Shown here in pieces: positions 15,332 through 27,502 of a stretch of 64,000 nucleotides of DNA. The position numbers and the translations under genes are program-made. Location of the stretch: NCBI RefSeq assembly GCF_009914755.1, contig NC_060925.1, one strand, 5' to 3'. The notes under the pieces are model-generated. The model worked only from the letters and a program-made list of their open reading frames with translations. It ran no database searches and was not told where the DNA came from. This DNA comes from the human T2T-CHM13v2.0 reference genome, Homo sapiens. Numbering within the stretch: position 1 is the first letter of the stretch; each line of letters begins with the position of its first letter.

Positions 15332-15757
15332 TTGTGATAGATTGTTTGCAAAAATGTCTGCAATTATTCCCCTTTTTGGATCCAGAATCCTTTCCCATAT
15401 AATTTTTGCAGCTTCTCCCATCAAGGGGTGGATTATTTTCTTTCATTCCTTGAACGTGAGCTAAATTTGTGACTTGCTTGACTAATAGAATACAGAGAAA
15501 ACAACACCATGACATTTCTAAGACCAGACTTCAAGAAGCTGCGCTCCTTTCCTTCCTTCCTTCTCTTTTGCCTCCACCATAAGAACAAGCCCAACCAACC
15601 CAACTCCAAATATTTGAGAGATTCTAAGTTGTAACTGACCATAAATATTTGTAAATGAATGTTTGGATTAATCATAAACAAGAAGAACCATCCAGTTGAC
15701 ATGAAAATGTGTGAGAAGTAATAAATAATTGCTTCTCTGCCTTCGGTAACAGATACA
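15332..15757 (+). mobile_element. MLT1 (G/H-like) LTR
   Basis: tgtgatagattg...ttgtgacttgcttgactaatagaat...aataaataattg...taacagataca. Confidence 0.7.
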
Positions 15758-16249
15758 ATATTGTATTTTATTGAGCTTCAGGATGATGAGAAAGAAAACT
15801 GGCCATTTAAAATATATTTTTTGGTATTTTTGCTAACATACAAAAAGAATATACTCCTGCTAACAAAGAAGAGATTACTTCTGTAAATTTCAGCTTTTTC
15901 CACATACCTGAGTAACATCCAAATGAAAATGTCAAATATGAAGTGTGATATATGTTCTAGAACCTGCAGGATAGCTCTGGTGATATCTGCTTATAGGTGT
16001 TTTGCAAAAGCACGGATGTGGATGAGAAAATCTATAAGGAGAATGTGGTGTGAGAAAAATGTAATGTTATTCATTATCATTTAATTACAGTTATATAAAT
16101 GGAAGTCAGACTGTAATAGATTGGGATGAAAATGGGGGTTGGATAAATGAATATAGGACAAAGCCAGGGCTTTTGAAGCATTCTTTAGGAAAAAAAACTT
16201 GAATCAGTGGAGATTTAGGAAGGATTTCCCAGCAATAAGAGTTCACTCT

Positions 16250-16541
16250 GCCAGGCGCGGTGGCTCACACCTGTCATCCCAGCACTTTGGGAGGCCAAAG
16301 CGGGCGGAACATGAGGTCAGGAGATCAAGACCATCCTGGCTAACACGGTGAAACCCCATCTCTACTAAAAAATACAAAAGATTAGCCAGGCGTGGTGGTG
16401 GGCGCCTGTAGTACCAGCTACTCGGGAGGCTGAGGCAGGAGAATGGCGTGAACCTGGAGCTTGTAGTGAGCTGAGATCACGCCACTGCACTCCAGCCTGG
16501 GCCACAGAGTGAGACTCCATCGCAAAAAAAAAAAAAAAAAA
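16250..16541 (+). mobile_element. AluY
   Basis: gaatggcgtgaacc, gagcttg; perfect TSD AAGAGTTCACTCT at 16237-16249 and 16542-16554. Confidence 0.95.
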
Positions 16542-16849
16542 AAGAGTTCACTCTAAGCTGTTTGCAGAGACTCTAGAACTACCCCTATTGATGGATGGCA
16601 GATGCTAGTTTGGATGAGAGAAATGTAGTTTTATTTAGCTGATTAATGAAAATATAACCTGCAAGTGCAAGATGAAAGGAGAAGTTATTCACAAAGAATG
16701 GGTGCAGAGGGAGATCTTAGCTTAAAGAAAGGGAGAAAGGTAGATGACTTAAAATATTCATATAGTTATCAATAATTAAAAAACAAAATCATGATTCAGA
16801 GCAGAATAACTAGGTCATGGGATAAATCAGTTAACAAATCCTTGTGCAA

Positions 16850-16990
16850 ATATTATGAAACAGGTACTCACTTAATCCTCTTAACAAGATGAGGAAATTG
16901 AGACCCAATTATGTCAGTTATCTTTTCAAAGTTTGTACAACTAAGCAAAAGCTAGGATAACAACATGTAGAGTTCCTCTTACTCAAAATT
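16850..16990 (-). mobile_element. MIR fragment
   Basis: ctcacttaatcctc...agatgaggaaattgagaccc. Confidence 0.55.
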
Positions 16991-17834
16991 CATTGGCAAG
17001 TTTGAAACTGTAATCTATTTCTATCCAAGAGGTATATCACCAATGCTTGTTATTATAAAGTTTTTACTAAAACCGAGGAGTTCCAGAATTGAGTTCACTA
17101 ATCAATGTTACTTCTCAACATTTTTTTCATATTATAAGAAACAATTTTAAGTGAATGTCCATAATTTTAACATGCAGCGGGTCTGAATAACATTAATGAA
17201 ATATATGTTGAAGTTTATGTATGTTTGTAATAGTAATTATACTTACATTCAGTGGGAATATGGTTATTCATATTTAATTCCAACTCAATTTAAAATTGAA
17301 TTTCTTTGCCTAACTTACAACAACTTACAACATTTTCTCAATTAACTTTTCAAAGCTGTACATATTGGAAATGCCTTTCTTTTCTTTTCTGTCATGAGAG
17401 ATTTTAGCTCTCATTGTATTTAGCTGACAGAACCAAAACTTTGCATGAGACTGCCACCCTGATTAGGGGTGAAGTGACACTTCAGACTAGGGAGAAGATG
17501 ACACTGATGTTTTCCTTCTATTTGCATTTTATTCAGAAAATCTCAGGAGAGAGAAAAGACAACTATGATTAAGGAAAGGGTTCCGAGTGATTGAATAGTT
17601 AGAATAAGTTTATTCAACTCCTCCTCCAGAGACATAAGTTAGGTCATGAACCTTATTCATAAAGTAAAAAAGAGTACACGTTGTGCACCCTTAATGTGCA
17701 AGAGCAGTTGTTGTTTATCTTAATAATGAGACTAGCTGAAAGGCCAAAAAGAGGCTGTAGGTTAGGCAACATTATGTATCATTCACTCACTCCTTCTCAA
17801 ATGCAATTGTGTAGGGCAAAATGGGTATCGAATT

Positions 17835-17877
17835 CTATACATGTACCTCAGAACTTAAAGTAGAATAATAAAAAAAT
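17835..17877 (+). mobile_element. Very short L1PA 3' terminus
   Basis: acatgtacctcagaacttaaagtagaataataaaaaaa matches the L1PA end. Confidence 0.55.
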
Positions 17878-18874
17878 TAATGCAAACTTTACTTTGTAGG
17901 AAACATTACTTTGAATAGAAAAATAAATATGTAATTAATAGATTTATCAAAAATATGAGTATAGAATTTTTTAGTCTTGTTTTAATGTGGAAATAGAAAG
18001 TGATTGATTTTCAGAGAAAATATTTTGGGCCAAAAGCAAAGCATAGAGTATTGCATAACAAATACAAATATTAAATAATGAAATAAGAAAACAATGTTCA
18101 AAAAGAAATTAAAGTGTATGTATTACAAAGTTTTCTTTAACAATAATCACTGGATTCTTCTGCTTATTAATCTCATATAGTTATTATGCAATGTAAAATT
18201 TTGTTTATTTCTTTAAAGGAAGCTGGGGTATTAGAAATTTCAGGAAGCACTCTCTTTTAATATGTCTGTTCCCATAGGGGTGATGCTTCTCAAAATCATT
18301 ATAATTTCCTAATTGCTTTGTTTTATTACATTTTTAGTGCCTGGTATTTTCATATACTTTCATTGCTGTCATTTAGCAAAATTTTGTCTTAGAGATTTCA
18401 TTTCTTTTATCTCACTAATTTATATAAGTAACTGAAAATAGATTATAGGAGAATAGTATTTTTAAGTATTGGTGGGTGTTTTATGGTAAAGAACCCAATG
18501 TGTGTATATGTGACACCTCTATCTGGAATATATAATGCATAACACCTCTGAGAATTATTTCATTAAGGAATCCCATTTAATTTGCTTAATCAATTTTTTC
18601 AAAATATTTAATCATGAAACACTCCACCTCCATCTCCTCCACTGCCGCAGGTTACCGATTAACGTCTTGCTGAAGGTTATATATCATGATATCATCACGG
18701 CGAAAAACCTAGTTAAAAGTAGTCTCACTTCTAGAAATAATAGCTTGTAATGACAAGAATACTTCAAAATTCAGTAAATAGGAAAGGAATTTATAATTAT
18801 TGAGCCCCTGCTATGTGCCAGATGCTGTGATGAGCACATTTTATGCTATCATAATTAAGAAAAGGATGCTTTAA

Positions 18875-19985
18875 AAATCAATTCTGGCTTAGAATACATC
18901 AAGTAGGAAAGAGTGCTGCTCCCATTTATATAACAAAAGAAAACCTGGAAGAACTGGAAACAACTTTTCTTAAGCCTATTAGAGAACTGAGGTCACAGGA
19001 CAAACTGCTGACCCAAAATATGGAGTGATGCTTATAACTGTAGGTAGTAATAGGATCAGAGCATTTACTTACCTGGATAATACATCGTGAAATGCTATAA
19101 AAGCCAACAAGTGCTGCCAAAGACATATTATGGACTAGTGTACAAATGTGAAGCATCAGGGGCTGTAGATTGCGGGAGGGGCTTTCACACTATCTGGCAG
19201 GGGCTTACTTCAGGACCTCTTCTAGGTGCTTACATGAAAGATGACACAGATTTCTGGGAATGCTTTCCCAAGGTGCTAGCCACGGGAAAGGAACGTTAGC
19301 CACTGACTAAATCCCCCCAGACCTATCTCTGTGATTCCTCTGAAATAATTTGAAGGGAGAAGGACAATAAAAAAAATGTACTTCATAAGCTCTTGTAGAA
19401 ATTCATTGTATCTGATGGAGAAAAACTGCAAAATAAGTAAGTAAACAAATAAACTTGTTCTCTGCTCTATGAGAGGAGCAGAATCTCCACCTCCAGGAAA
19501 AGAACAAGGCCAGCATTGCATCTGGAGGAGAGGTGGAAAGGTTGTGAAGGGCATGGCCCTGAGATCTAGGCTCACAGCCAGCCAAAAACTAAGACTTAAT
19601 CAGATCACCAGAGAACACTCAGACCCACCCCCTCACTACCACACTGATAAGCATCATGTGGAATACATCTGGCAGGGCTGCAAAATACATATCCTTGGAA
19701 ACAGTGTAAAGTGAAGACCACAAGAAAAGTGAGAAGGCTCCAGGCCAACTGGGATTAGACTCTGGGACAAACTCCTGAAAAATTAGTAATACTGTAAACC
19801 CAAAGTGTAATCAGGGGAATAGAGGCCTCTTAGAAAAACCACAGCTATAAAATCTTTAAACACAGAACAACTTCTGGCTAACAAAATCCCTCACACCAAA
19901 GGCCTTGCAAAAGGTAAAGAATCTGTGAATTTGAAGATATGTTCATAGAAGTTGACCAAACTGAAATACAAATAGAAAAAGAAAT
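18875..19985 (+). mobile_element. Old L1M (L1MC/MD-type) 5' UTR and ORF1 fragment
   Basis: attagagaactgaggtcacaggacaaactgc 5'-end motif; ORF1-like gaatttgaagatatgttcatagaa...caaactgaaatacaaatagaaaaa. Confidence 0.55.
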
Positions 19986-20001
19986 CACAAACACACCCAC
20001 C

Positions 20002-20007
20002 CACGCG

Positions 20008-20063
<56 letters not shown>
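20002..20063. repeat. Compound (CG)6(CA)24 microsatellite
   Basis: Directly visible; 62 bp of unbroken purine-pyrimidine alternation. Confidence 0.95.
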
Positions 20064-20067
<4 letters not shown>

Positions 20068-21689
20068 CACTGTTGCTTTTGTACTACTCTGGCTAACCTG
20101 CTGAGGAAACTGTCAGACAAATCCAGAACTGAAATATTCGGGAAGAAAACTAATTTGGGCTTTTGAAAAATATCATGTTGGGGAACTGTTTTAGATGGAT
20201 GAACAACAGATTAAATAACCAAATGCAATAAATAAACTTTGATGGTTGCATCCTGTTAGAAAGTTTAGAGTGAGAGAAAGAGAGAGAAAGAAAGAAGAAA
20301 GAAGCTTGATGAAGTTAACCAAACGCGATATGGGTATTGTATAATCTTAAAACTTTTCTGTAAGGTTGATAATTCTTTAATATAAAGAGAAAGTGATTTA
20401 TTTTATTTGCCTGTCCTTCTTCCTATACAACTTTTAGCACTATGTCAGTCTCATAGGATATCATAAATTATTGCTAAATGAATAAAGGAATTTTTGCATG
20501 AATAATATACAATACAGTTTTCTCTTGGGATCCCGTTCTAAAGGAGAAAAAATGTTATATTGGATCATTCTTTTTCTATGCTGTCAAAAAATGACAGCAT
20601 AATTTTAGAGAATACTTTTTCAATTAATGCCCAGATACATCAAAATTTCAAAAACTCGGCATCATCTCAAATGACATAAACAAACATGTATTTTGTGGTT
20701 TTTAAGTCCAGTCACCATTAATAATTCCTACCTTTCTTTTCAGGTTTTCAGTAAAAGTGGGTAATAATTAGCTGGTAATAATATTCAGGATATTTGTATA
20801 TATACAATGTATGTGGAATTAATTGGAATTAAACCATTGAACAATGGATTAATTAATCCAGATTACAACTAAGGAGGCATTATTTTCAGTAAAATTTATA
20901 CATCGAAAAAGAATGTAAATAATTATATACATTTATCCTCTGGAAATTTAAACTAGTATTTTAAAGAACCTGGATAGGTTTAGGTATTGGTTGGAGGCAA
21001 GCACAAACCAGAAGTGGAGAAGGAGGGAGGACAAATGTGAACATGTTGAGTAGGAGGTGAAGGAGAGTGGGTGGAACCTAAAAGTGAGAAACAGAATAAA
21101 ATACTGTCAAAAGAGGAAAATAGATTTGTGTCTATTTTCCCCAGAATATTCTTGTTCAAAGAAAGCCCCTTTAACTATAATTATACTACTAGGATACTTA
21201 CTACTTTCTAGAAAGTTATAAGAATTTTCAAAATGGTTGTGTAACTTCACTGTAAGAGATGAGACAATTTCAGTAAGCTTGAGTAGACGCTACTCATTAC
21301 ACATATATTTTACAAAGTTCAGCTTCTTATGTATAATTTCGTGCATAGTAGAAAGGCTCCAATATTTGTTATTCATTTTTAAGTATGACTTTTTATTCCT
21401 TTTCTTAAACTTTTTGTCCAGCCTTGTCCATATCCCTTTTTTAAAATTTTATTTATTTTTATTAATTGTGCATGTTTTGATTTTTCTGTTGGATTTTCAT
21501 GCAATTAATCAGCTCTGATATCAATCATCCAGTTACACATTAATATGTAATTCCATATTATGTATAAATCTGACAGAAGGGTTACATGGTTGGGGTAATC
21601 AAACTTTCTCAGTGTATTGAAATGAAATGGAATAGAATATAATTTGTGTATATACATATTCATTGTGAGGAATTATTGCAATTAAATAC

Positions 21690-22067
21690 TGATACAGTTT
21701 GTCTGTGTCCCTACCCAAATCTCATCTTGAATTGTAGTTCCCATAATCCCCTGTGTTGTGGGAGGAACCTCATGGGAGGTGATTAGTTAGTGAGAACAGC
21801 ATAGTTCCCCTATGCTGTTCTTATGATAGTAAGTGAGTTCTCATGAGATCTGGTGGTTTTATAAGGGGCTTTTCCCCACTTTACTCTGCACTTCTCTTTC
21901 CTGCTGTGATGTGAAGAAGGACATGTTTGCCGCCCCTTTTTCCATGACTGTACGTTTCCTGAGGCCTTCCCAGACATGTGGAACTGTGAGTCAATTAAAC
22001 CTCTTTCTTTCATTAATTACCCAGTCTCAGGCAGTTCTTTACAGCAGTGTGAGAACAGACTAATACA
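21690..22067 (+). mobile_element. THE1C/D solo LTR
   Basis: tgatacagtttg...gagaacagactaataca; TSD AATAC at 21685-21689 and 22068-22072. Confidence 0.92.
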
Positions 22068-23354
22068 AATACCATTTATTTTGAAATGATATTTTAATGA
22101 TACCAATACCAACACAGTAAGCATGTTTATTTTACATTTTTTTTTACAATTTGGAAGCAGTTAATTTTATTTGAGTTTTTATTTGTGCCAACATCCTCAT
22201 AACACCTTATAAATACATGTGCTCTACCTGCAGTTTTTAATGAGGACTGATTCTTTTCACAGCAATCACCTCAGAACATCAGTCCAAGGGATTGTATTTG
22301 GGACACCAAGCTGTTAAATTTTCCCATCATTTATATGTCTTTTTTAAAGCACTGCCTGTGGCTTTACTCTTCGTTATTAAAAGGAAAGCACTCTCAGAAT
22401 TTCAATTGGTTTCTTCTGCCTGAATACCAATTAAAACCTGTTTAATATAAAAATGGAAATGTACTTCAATTCATCACTTTTTTTAATAAAAGAATGTCTT
22501 GGTTCTAATAAGTCTATTTTTATAAATTAAAATATTTATTAGAGTATTCTTCAATTGTGCGGAGTTATATCTGGTTAGGAGGAAAAAATATTAGTCAAGC
22601 TATAGAAATTAGCTGTCCAACCAAGAAAGAATTCAGCAGCAAATCCACCCTTTGTTCTAATTAGAATTGTGTAAGGTGGCAGTGAGTCATGAACTTGAGT
22701 CTAAAGACACTGAGAAAATGCATTAGCACGTGATTCTGTGTTAAAAAGGGGAGGTAACAGGAAGGGCCTTGATCAGGAGTTCCATTGAAACTCATTAAAA
22801 TGTGGCAACTAAAAAATAAAGTAATAAAATAACAATAAAATAGTTTTAGAAAAATGCTATTACCTTTGCCTTTGAAGGGTAGATCAGGATGTTTTTAGGA
22901 AAATTGAAAAATAATAGTGCCTAGCTTGTATAGTTCAACTTGAAAAAATTACTGAAAATCTACTTAATGTAATATAAAAAAATGAAAAACATATCCATGT
23001 ATAATTTTTTAACAAAATTATATATCTGGTTTAATAAAAATGATATAATTGTGTTATATGTGTGGAGAAGATATAAACAAGTTTTGAAAAACCTCAAAAA
23101 CAGCAATAAATAGCTCTTCTATTTTAAATTTTCTAGATTCAAAAACTCCTAAAATCATTCTATATAAAGGTTAAATTTTCTAAAAATAAGAAAATGACTA
23201 TGTAATTCATATATAAATAAGCATAACTTACAGCAAAATCCATAAATGTAAAAAGCAAAGACTTTTTTTCTCAGTGCCTGTAATTATTGAACTTTGGTGA
23301 AAAATAGATGTTATAGATATCAAAAAAACAAACTATTATTTGGAAAAATCTTTT

Positions 23355-24240
23355 AAACACTACAATATCTAGATTTTAACTTAAGCAAATTGATAGCACT
23401 GTTTGTTGAGATCAGAAGTTTTGGGAGAGAAACAGGTTTTGGAGCAGGTTTGAGGGGCATGAATATTTTGTTTTAAACATGTTACATCTGATTGCCCTTT
23501 AAACATGAAATAGAAGACCTGTAATAGGCTGATGGATTTAAACTATAGAGCTCTGAGGAGGGGTCAGGTTTGAAGGCACCTGTGTGGGACTTAACACTAG
23601 GTACCTGGAATCAAAAGCTATGAGACTGGACTCCATTTTCTAGTAGAGTCAAAGAATAGATACGATAAGAACAGATAAGAAAATTGTGGCTGAGGGATGA
23701 GCTCAGGGATATTCCATCATTTGTTAGGAAGTGGAGGAAGAGCCAGCAAAAGACACAGAATAAAGTAGAAAAGAATATAACTATAAGGAAATAAAGACAT
23801 GAAAAGGCTTTAATAAAGAAGACAGTTAAATTTGTTAACTGCTAAGATTTATGGTAAGGACAAAATAACAGAATCTTGCATTTGAACATACAATGGTGGT
23901 GGCTTGACAAGAAGAAACTTTGCAGAGTTATGAGTACTGAAGCCAAACAGGAATGAGATGAAGAGAGAAAGGTTAGTAAAAAAATTGAGACCGTAGCTGC
24001 ACTAAACTCATTAGAAGTCAGTTGCTTTGAAGGACTGTAGAAAAAAACGACAATGGCTGAAGGGTAATTTGAGATAAATTGAACATTATTTAGATATAAG
24101 ATATGAAAGTAGGTTTCTGTGCTAACAAGAATGTTCCAAGTCCAAAGAGGACAACTTATGGTATTAAAAAAAAGAGTGAGAGAATTAATAAACACAGAAG
24201 CAAAGCCCTCTTATTAGAAAATATTTTAGAGCCATATAAA
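23355..24240 (-). mobile_element. L2 (L2a/b) internal fragment
   Basis: ggagcaggtttgagggg...ttttaaacatgtta...aaagctatgagactgga...agccagcaaaagacacaga. Confidence 0.7.
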
Positions 24241-24810
24241 TGTGGATGATATTCTGTAAAGATAATTATAACACTTATACAAATGGTCCTAGCTTTGGTG
24301 CAAAAAAAATAACTAGGTTCAATTGGAATAGCATGGACTTAGACCATTAGGTCTCAGGAGCGAAGTCTTGCTATTGAAAACCAGCACAAAGACCTACGAC
24401 TAGCATGGTCCGGATAGATGGCTCTGCAGCTAATCCACTAATAACTTCATCAAAAATTTAGGGAAAATTTGTAATAAACTACACTCCTTTCATTGTACTT
24501 TGTGTTCTTTATATGCTACTTGGTAATCTAGATGTGATGAATTCCAGCATACTTATTCCGGAAGGATGTCATTATTTATTATTTTGCTAATTTTTTAAAA
24601 TGAATCACAAGAAAATTATTCCTTTGGGAAATTTTAAGGAAAGGTGCATGAATTTGTAGTCACAATTTCTTTGTTGTTGGTGTTTTTCTTGGTTTCGAAA
24701 GTCTCAAGTACCTCTGTTGCCTCGTTTAAAGTTTCTCTTCCTGTGTGTAGTTTATCAGTTAAAATATGATCACAATGCTTGCTAGAGAGTCCAACAATTC
24801 TTTTAAAAAC

Positions 24811-25083
24811 TGGAGGCTGAGCAGGGTGGATCACTTGAGCTCAGGAGTTCAAGACCAGCCTGGGCAACATGGTGAAACTCAATCTCTACAAAGAAAAACA
24901 AAACAAAACAAAAATCAGCTGGGTACGGTGGCCTGCACGCATAGTCCCAGCTACTCCAGAGGCGGAGGTGAACGGATCAACTGTGCATGGGAGGTCGAGG
25001 ATGCAGTGAGCAAATGCACCACTGCACTCCAGCCTGGGTGACACAGTGAGACACTATCTCAAAAAAAAAAAAAAAAAAAAAAA
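24811..25083 (+). mobile_element. AluJb-like, 5'-truncated
   Basis: Begins at ggaggctgag; gatcacttgagctcagg, gggaggtcgagg; A-tail. Confidence 0.85.
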
Positions 25084-25458
25084 GTTCCTGGATATTTGAA
25101 CTCAATGCAGACACTTGTTTCATCTTTTACCCATCAATTCCTTTTGTGGTCCATAGTGTTTATCTTCTGCAACTAAACTTCTTTCTGTATCATCCTCCTC
25201 CACATAGCAACCTGAACCCGGACATCTCTCTGATGTATAACATACTTCCTAGAGATATTTGTTGGGATAGTCTTGAAAGTGAACACGTAGGAAAATAAAA
25301 GCATAATACATGAACACGTTTTATTTTTGCTGTTCACTGAGTCTTATTTTCCTGTCTTTGTTTGACATTTTGGAAGATGCCATGAGTTTTCTTATTAAAA
25401 GCATCTTATTTTTCAAGGATTAAGAATTCAAATCCAGCTTAATAAAATTTCAAGCCTT

Positions 25459-26715
25459 ACTGACAACACCAAATGCTGGCCAACAGGAGCTCTTACTGCT
25501 GGTGGGAATGCAAAATAGTACGTACCCTCTTTGGGAGACAGCTGGAAGTTTCTCACAAAACTAAACATACTCTTATCATACAATGCACAAGTTGTAATCC
25601 TTGGTATTTACTCAAATAAATGGAAAACTTATGTTTACACAAAAATCTGTTTTTAGCAGCTTTTATTCATACTTGTCAAATTACAGAGGCAGTCCTTTGG
25701 TAAGTGAATGGATGAATAAACTCTGGTGCATCCGGACAATAGAATATTATTCAGCACTAAAAATTAATGAGCTATCAAGCCACGAAAAGACATGAAGAAA
25801 ACTTAAATGCTATGATTCAGTGAAATAAGTCCATTTGAATGAGCTATACACTGTGTGATTCGAACTGTATGACATTCTTAAGCAAAGCTATGGGAGAGTA
25901 AAAAGATCAGTGTTTGCTAGGGACTAGGGATATGAAGGGATGAATAGGCGCAGAGGATTATTAGAGCAATGAAATTACAGTAGTCCTTCTTTATCTATGA
26001 TTTTGCTTTCTACTGTTTCAGATACTCATGATCAACTACAGTCCAAAATTATCAAAAGAAATTCCAGTAATAAGCAATTCATGAATTTTAAATGACGTAT
26101 CAGTTCAGAGTAGCATGATGAAATCTCATGTCCTCGCACTTCATCCTGCCCAGAACATGAGTCCTCCCTTTGTCCAGAGTATCCACACTGTGTATGCTGC
26201 TTGCCTGTGGAACTCTTCGTAGCCTTCTCAGTTATCAGATGGACTGTCATGTTATCACCAGGTTTGGGTTCAAGTAACCCTATTTTACTTAATAATGGCC
26301 CCAAAGCACAGCAGCACTGTTCCTTCTTTATAAATTAAACTTTATCATGGATATATATGTGCATAATAAAACACAGCATACATAGGTTTATACATAGTAC
26401 ACATAACTGTGGTTTTAGGCATTCACTTGTGGTCTTGGAATGTACCTCGTGTGAATAAGGGGGGGCTATGCTACTCTGACACTAGAATGGTGAATATGTA
26501 TCATTGTATGTTTGTGAAACCCACAGAATGTACACCACCAAGAGTGAACCCTAATGTAAACTATGAACTTTGGATAATAAGGATGTTTCAATGTAGGTTT
26601 ATCAGTTGCAACAAGTGTACCACTCTGGTATGAAATTTTGATAATGGGTGAGGCTGTAGGGAGTGGGGCAGTGTGTGTATGAAATTATTGTACTATAAAT
26701 GCTGATAAAACAGAA
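25459..26715 (+). mobile_element. L1MC1/2-type 3' end, interrupted by MER44
   Basis: actgacaacaccaaatgctgg; agaatgtacaccaccaagagtgaaccctaatgtaaactatgaactttgg. Confidence 0.8.
25978..26471 (+). mobile_element. MER44B-like (Tigger7-derived TcMar MITE)
   Basis: TA-cagtagtccttctttatc ... gaataagggggggctatgc-TA TIR-like ends; internal gcatgatgaaatctcatg and ttacttaataatggccccaaagcac. Confidence 0.8.
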
Positions 26716-26764
26716 AAACAATTTTAAAGAGGCTTGTTTGTCTCATGGTTATCTCTCTTTCCTT

Positions 26765-26888
26765 ATAAAGACGGGGTCTCATTATGTTGTCCAGGCTGGT
26801 CTGACCTCAAACTCCTGGACCCAAGCGATCCTCCTGCCTCAGCCTCCCAAAGTGCTGGTATTACAGGACTGAGCCATATCACCCAGCC
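26765..26888 (-). mobile_element. FLAM (Alu left monomer)
   Basis: gacggggtctcattatgttgtccaggctggtc...gattacagg; single arm. Confidence 0.8.
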
Positions 26889-26897
26889 CAGAAAAAC

Positions 26898-27502
26898 ATT
26901 TTAATTAAACTGTTAGATAATTTAAAATTCACAAGCTGTTGTCAGAAATAACCAAGATTCTATGCATTTCCTACTCAGTTTTTTTTCTAATGGTAATCTT
27001 TTAAAACTGTAGTTCTATATTACAACCAGGATATTGACATTTATTAGCCAAAATACAAAACATTTGCATCATAAGTATTATTTATAGATTGTTAAAGGTT
27101 AGGAAATTTTGTCTTAAGTGAGATTAGATGGAAGTTCTTTCTATGGTATTTTTAAGGATGTCACCTGCCCTGTTAGAGCCACGCCCACTCCTCTCCCATG
27201 CCTACCACCTCCTTAACCCCTCACAACTATGAATCTATTATTTATTCTATTATTTCATAATTTCAAGAATGTTAATGTATATAGATTCATATAGCATGTA
27301 GCCTTTTGAGACTGACTTATTTCATTCAGCATAATGCCCTTGAGATCTATTTAGGTTGTTGTGTGTATCAGTCATCATTCTTTTTGTTGTGGAGTAGTAT
27401 TCCATGGTATAGATGTACTAGTTGGTTTAGCCATTCACCTGTTGGAGAACATTTGGGTTGTTTCCAGTTTGATGCTGTTAAGAATAAAGCTATTATAAAT
27501 AC
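26898..27502 (-). mobile_element. L1MC3/L1MD-type 3' end
   Basis: acaaccaggatattgacatt; gtagtattccatggtatagatgtac...ccattcacctgttggagaacatttgggttgtttccagtttg. Confidence 0.75.

Noticed and set aside
19878-20166. CVCVCV / THTHTH ORFs (also 10349-10600)
   Set aside because: Translations of (CA)n microsatellites.
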